Shown in pieces: positions 60,140 to 64,000 of a stretch of 64,000 bases of DNA. The notes under the pieces were generated by a model. It saw nothing but the letters and a program-made list of their open reading frames with translations. It was not told the origin of the DNA and did not search any database. Position 1 is the stretch's first letter. Each line of letters begins with the position of its first letter. Both the position numbers and the translations under genes were made by a program. Source of the stretch: a virus (Duplodnaviria; Caudoviricetes); the IMG/VR virus record IMGVR_UViG_3300013426_000014, positions 205,323-269,322 of that record; one strand, given 5' to 3'.

Positions 60140-61486
60140 CTACCGGCGGTTCGCGCCGTCCAGCCACGCGGCGAATTCCGCGGCCTTGCCCGGGTCGACA
60201 TACGCCTTGACCCTGACGCCGCCGTCCATCTTCACGCCCGGGAACATCGCCGCCGTCCACGCGCCGGCCGGTATCACGATCTCCGCCGGCTTCGCCTTCT
60301 CGACGCGGCCCATCTCGGACCAGTCGCTGTTATGTCACCAGCCGTTCTTTTCCACCGTCATCCCGGCCGGGACCGCCGCGACCTTCGGCCGGACATTATC
60401 TGGCGCGTTCCGCTCCGGCTGCGCCATGTGGTTATAAGCCCCGCCGGAGATGTCGACGGAAACCGGCTCGCCGACCGTCCCGTCCAGCCTTGCCATTTCC
60501 GTACATTTGTCGCCCCATGATCTGGAGACGCCGTCGGTCAGCGCCGGGGCAATCACTTGCCCGTCCGGTCCTCACAGTGTGTACATCTGGCGTCCGGGCG
60601 TATCGGAGCACATGACCATGACGCCGCCCGCCTTCTTCGGCGCGTGGTTAAACCAGCCGGCGCCGTCTACTGTCGCCAGCAGCTCCGCGTTGTAAACGGA
60701 GAAGACGCCTGTCACCTCCTCCGGCGCGCCATCCAGCGTCCGGAGCCGGGACTTCGCCGAGTACGCGCCCCGGAGAGAACTCCTCACCGGGCCGTCACTG
60801 TCGACATGGACGGTCCCCCGGACGAACCGCGGGCACCCGCGCAAGGACCCGTCCTTTCCGGGGATGACGTTGAGCGCGGTGTTGACCGTCGCCGTTCCCA
60901 TCGCGCCGGAGACGAACTCCCGGACGCCGGCGGATTCGATCCTCCACCGCCCGCCGAACCTTTTCCTCCACGCGGCGGACGCCTTGTCGAGCCTGAGCGT
61001 CATCATGACCCAATACATGCTGTTCGTCATGGCGGTTCTTCTCGCCGAACCGGCCGGAAGATTGCCCGCCGCCTTTTTCGCCCACGGGTTTGTCGTGATG
61101 CCGACGGCAGACACGCCATACGCGGCCGGATCCGCCGGGTCCATCCACCCGGTGATGTCGCTGACATCAAGGGTGATGTCGCCGTTCCCGTCGATCACGC
61201 AGCATCCGATCAGCGCGAGCATCGGATCCTCCACGCTGGTGAGCTTGCCCCATGATCTCGCGACCGGATCAAGCTGCCCGGCGAACCGCCGCTTCCCGGC
61301 GCAGTCCTGCACCCACAACGCAGGCATCAGCCCCTTCGCGAACTCGCTTATCAGCTCCGCGTCCTGGTCCATGTCGCTGAACGTGTCCGTGTAGTCGACA
61401 TCCGACCCGGAGAGGTCGAAACCCTCGTCCAGCCGGCCGGCGTCATATCGCCCGTATCCGTATCCTTCCATTTTGGTCATATTCAT
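60140..61486 (-). CDS. FD-motif family LRR-like protein (2 TGA=Trp)
   Basis: YTL*GPDG..PALTDGVSR matches FLWDGKG..PAFTDGVSR; similarity continues past TGA 60335 to TAG; TATAAATA upstream. Confidence 0.85.
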
Positions 61487-61554
61487 ATGTGATCCCGTTT
61501 TGTCCTTTGAATTATTTATAGCGGGCGGAGATGCCGACACTTCGGACGCCGGAA

Positions 61555-62200
61555 CGCGTAACTGATTGGGAAACCGCACAGGAAAAGCGTCAGTTACGCA
61601 CCCGGACAGATCACGTAACTGACACTTTTTCCCCGATCCTTAAATTTTCCGGACGGAATTTTCGGTCCCTACGGGAAATCAATCGGGCCGTTTTCACATA
61701 AGATTCGCCGCCAGCCAGTTATATGGATTCTATAAAAACGGACCTTTCCGCCGTCAGGCCCGTAACTGACGCTTTTTTCGTCTCCCTTAAATTTTCCGGC
61801 GGCGGAATTTAAGGTTCCGATCCGATAACGCCGGAAATCGACGCCGGATATAGCGGAACGGCGTTCCCGGACCGGAAAAAACAAGGGGCGAGGCGGATCC
61901 GGACGGCCGGTATCATGAAAAATCCGGCCCGGACCGCCTAACTGGCACTTTCCCGTAAAATTTCTCAATGAGTTACGCGTCCCGGCCGTCTTCCTAACTG
62001 ACGCTTTTTTCCCGATCCTTAAATTTTCCGGCCCGTCGTTTCCGCCCTTATAGGGAAATCGATCGGGCCGTTTTCATATCGACATCGCCATCAGCTCTTT
62101 ATGAAAAATATCAAAAAACCGGCCGGTTCCGCGAAAAGCCCGTAACTGACGCTTTTTATTCAGTCCTTAAATTTTTCCGGAACGGGATTTAAGGTGTTTT
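61555..62200. repeat. Imperfect direct repeats with TAACTGAC...CCTTAAATTTTCCGG core
   Basis: Core near 61616, 61763, 61995 and 62143; block 61616-61815 repeated at 61995-62195. Confidence 0.8.
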
Positions 62201-62799
62201 TTATATAATAAAAAAACACCCGTCAAATATAGCGGTTTCCGGCGACATACGGAAATTTATTTTGTGTAAAAAGGTATAATCCGCCGCCGGCCGTTATCCG
62301 GCCGTTCCATACAATCCGGATAAACATCCGCCGCCGGATTCCGAACCAATTTTCATGATGTCAAAAGGTATAATCATATAACATGCTGGTATCCAATAAT
62401 GACGGTATCCGGGTATACCGCCGGCGGCGACATGCCGTCATATATTAAAAATGTCAGAATCCGAAGTGACTTTATGTCATATATAAAGGCCGGCCGGCGC
62501 GGTTCCTGATTAAGGCGGGGGACGGGGACGGGCATTAAAATGTTTAGTGATACGGTGACGCGGAACGGTTTAATACTAAAGTTTTAATAAAGGGAGCCGG
62601 CGGCGTTTTAGGCGAAGGGACGGGGATGTTAAAGATCGTCAGAAATCGCCGGCGGCTGGATACTAAACTGTAGCTAAAATACTGATATTAAAACGTTTAA
62701 GTAAACGGATAGAAATGCGGGCGGCTAAAATTTTAAAAAAACAGATCTAAAATTTTTAGTTAAAAAATTTTCCGAAACGAACGGAGAGCCGCTAAGATC

Positions 62800-63230
62800 A
62801 GCCGCCGGACATCCAATATAAGCCGCCGGATAATGATAATATCCAATTAAATTATATTCCAATATAAGCCGCCGGATATCCCGATATCCCCCAATCGCGT
62901 GTCAAGAGGTTAATAATATGTCATAAGCCGCCCGCCCACTCACATAAGCCGCCCGCCGGATAGGATACTACGGATATCTCAATATATTCTTCCGACAATA
63001 TAAGCCGCCGGCCGTGCCGAACACCGGGAACACCGGATAGAATATCGGATATGTGATGATATCCAAATTATCCAATGTCTATTATCACAATATAAACTAA
63101 ACATACATACATATATAAACTTTATAAACTTAAACCGCCGGACGCACGGACCAGGTAGATGGCGGCCGGATATCCAAATCAAATCAAATCATCAAATCCA
63201 ATGTATCGTCCAGCATAAGCCGCCGGATGC
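62800..63230. repeat. Dispersed ATAAGCCGCC(GG) repeats
   Basis: Copies near 62818, 62863, 62923, 62944, 63000 and 63215. Confidence 0.75.
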
Positions 63231-63616
63231 CGAACATATGACGCGCGCCGGAGAAAGCGGAAAGTGGCGGCGGCGGAACAAAAATAAGGATAAGACGGCG
63301 GGTTTTTACGGCGCGGCCGTTTTTTATCGCGCCGGGCGGGGGCGTTCCGGGCGGAATAAGGGCGCCGGGAGGGGTCTGCCCCCCGGAATTATCTGATTGG
63401 GAACCAGCGCGTTCCGGTCTGCGGCGGTCCGGACGGGGAAAACCCGCGGGGTCAGGGCGGAACGGCGCGGGCGGGCGGGAAACCCCCGGAAAACCGACGG
63501 AAAACCGCGTTTCCGCGCCCGGTTTTCTCACGTTTTTCACGTTTTCCACCCTGATGTGGCGCCGGGACGCGTCCGGGGGATAAATACCGGTGGAAAACAA
63601 ACGGTTGCGATTGGTT

Positions 63617-64000
63617 ATGCCGAACGACAGGCTTTCAGACAACATGGGGCGGCTCGCGAGGGCCGTCGAGGCGCTCTACCCGACCCTCTCGCGGATAGCG
63701 GGCGACAACGGGGGGCGCGGGATCGACCCGGGGATCGGGGAGGACGGGCGCGTCAGGCCGTCCGGGAGGGCAGCGGACCCGGGACGGGCCGCGGTCGTCG
63801 GGATAACCGTGACGGGCGGGTCCGCCGAGGCGGTGAAGGCGGCGCCGGGGCTGGCGGAGGCGATGGCCGCGATGAAGGCGGTCGGGGCCGGCGGGCCGGC
63901 GGCGTTCGAGAGGTCGGCCGGGGCGATGGCGAGGGCGCTGTCCGCGCTGTGCGGCCCCTCCGGGACGCGGACGGGCGCGGTCAGGGCGGCGGTGAACGCC
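63617..64000 (+). CDS. 3'-truncated GC-rich hypothetical protein
   Basis: Open from ATG 63617 to the window end; ATAAATA upstream. Confidence 0.5.
   Translation, partial: MPNDRLSDNMGRLARAVEALYPTLSRIAGDNGGRGIDPGIGEDGRVRPSGRAADPGRAAVVGITVTGGSAEAVKAAPGLAEAMAAMKAVGAGGPAAFERSAGAMARALSALCGPSGTRTGAVRAAVNA

Noticed and set aside
45000-61400. Long plus-strand ORFs (e.g. 56305-57306, 57319-58275, 57434-58351)
   Set aside because: Antisense shadows of minus-strand genes in GC-rich DNA
61555-63230. CRISPR array
   Set aside because: Repeats are degenerate and irregularly spaced with similar intervening sequence; no cas genes

Overview
64-kb segment of a large tailed-phage genome, probably a jumbo phage of Bacteroidetes (recurrent TAnnTTTG-type promoters). 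Genes lie on + from 1 to about 27 kb and on - from about 27 to 61.5 kb, followed by a repeat-rich non-coding region. It carries about 18 tRNA or tRNA-like genes, several structured ncRNA candidates, nrdD/nrdG, thioredoxin, a PurA-like gene, VWA, Pth2, a phosphoesterase, an adenine MTase fusion, a lytic transglycosylase and an SPFH protein. Two expanded paralog families are present: about 23 Cys-rich PxWC proteins, and about 16 units starting [ILV]xE-x-FDxSDMSDxDYTDTF. Main result: an apparent conditional genetic-code system. A tRNA at 1538-1902 is split by a group I intron and acquires a UCA (opal-reading) anticodon only after splicing. Many genes, mostly behind TAAATA late-type promoters, contain in-frame TGA, several of them exactly where paralogs have Trp, while other genes still end in TGA. 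Read-through also fuses repeat units into polyproteins with protease-like [ILV]xE junctions. All calls were made by eye; no database searches were run.
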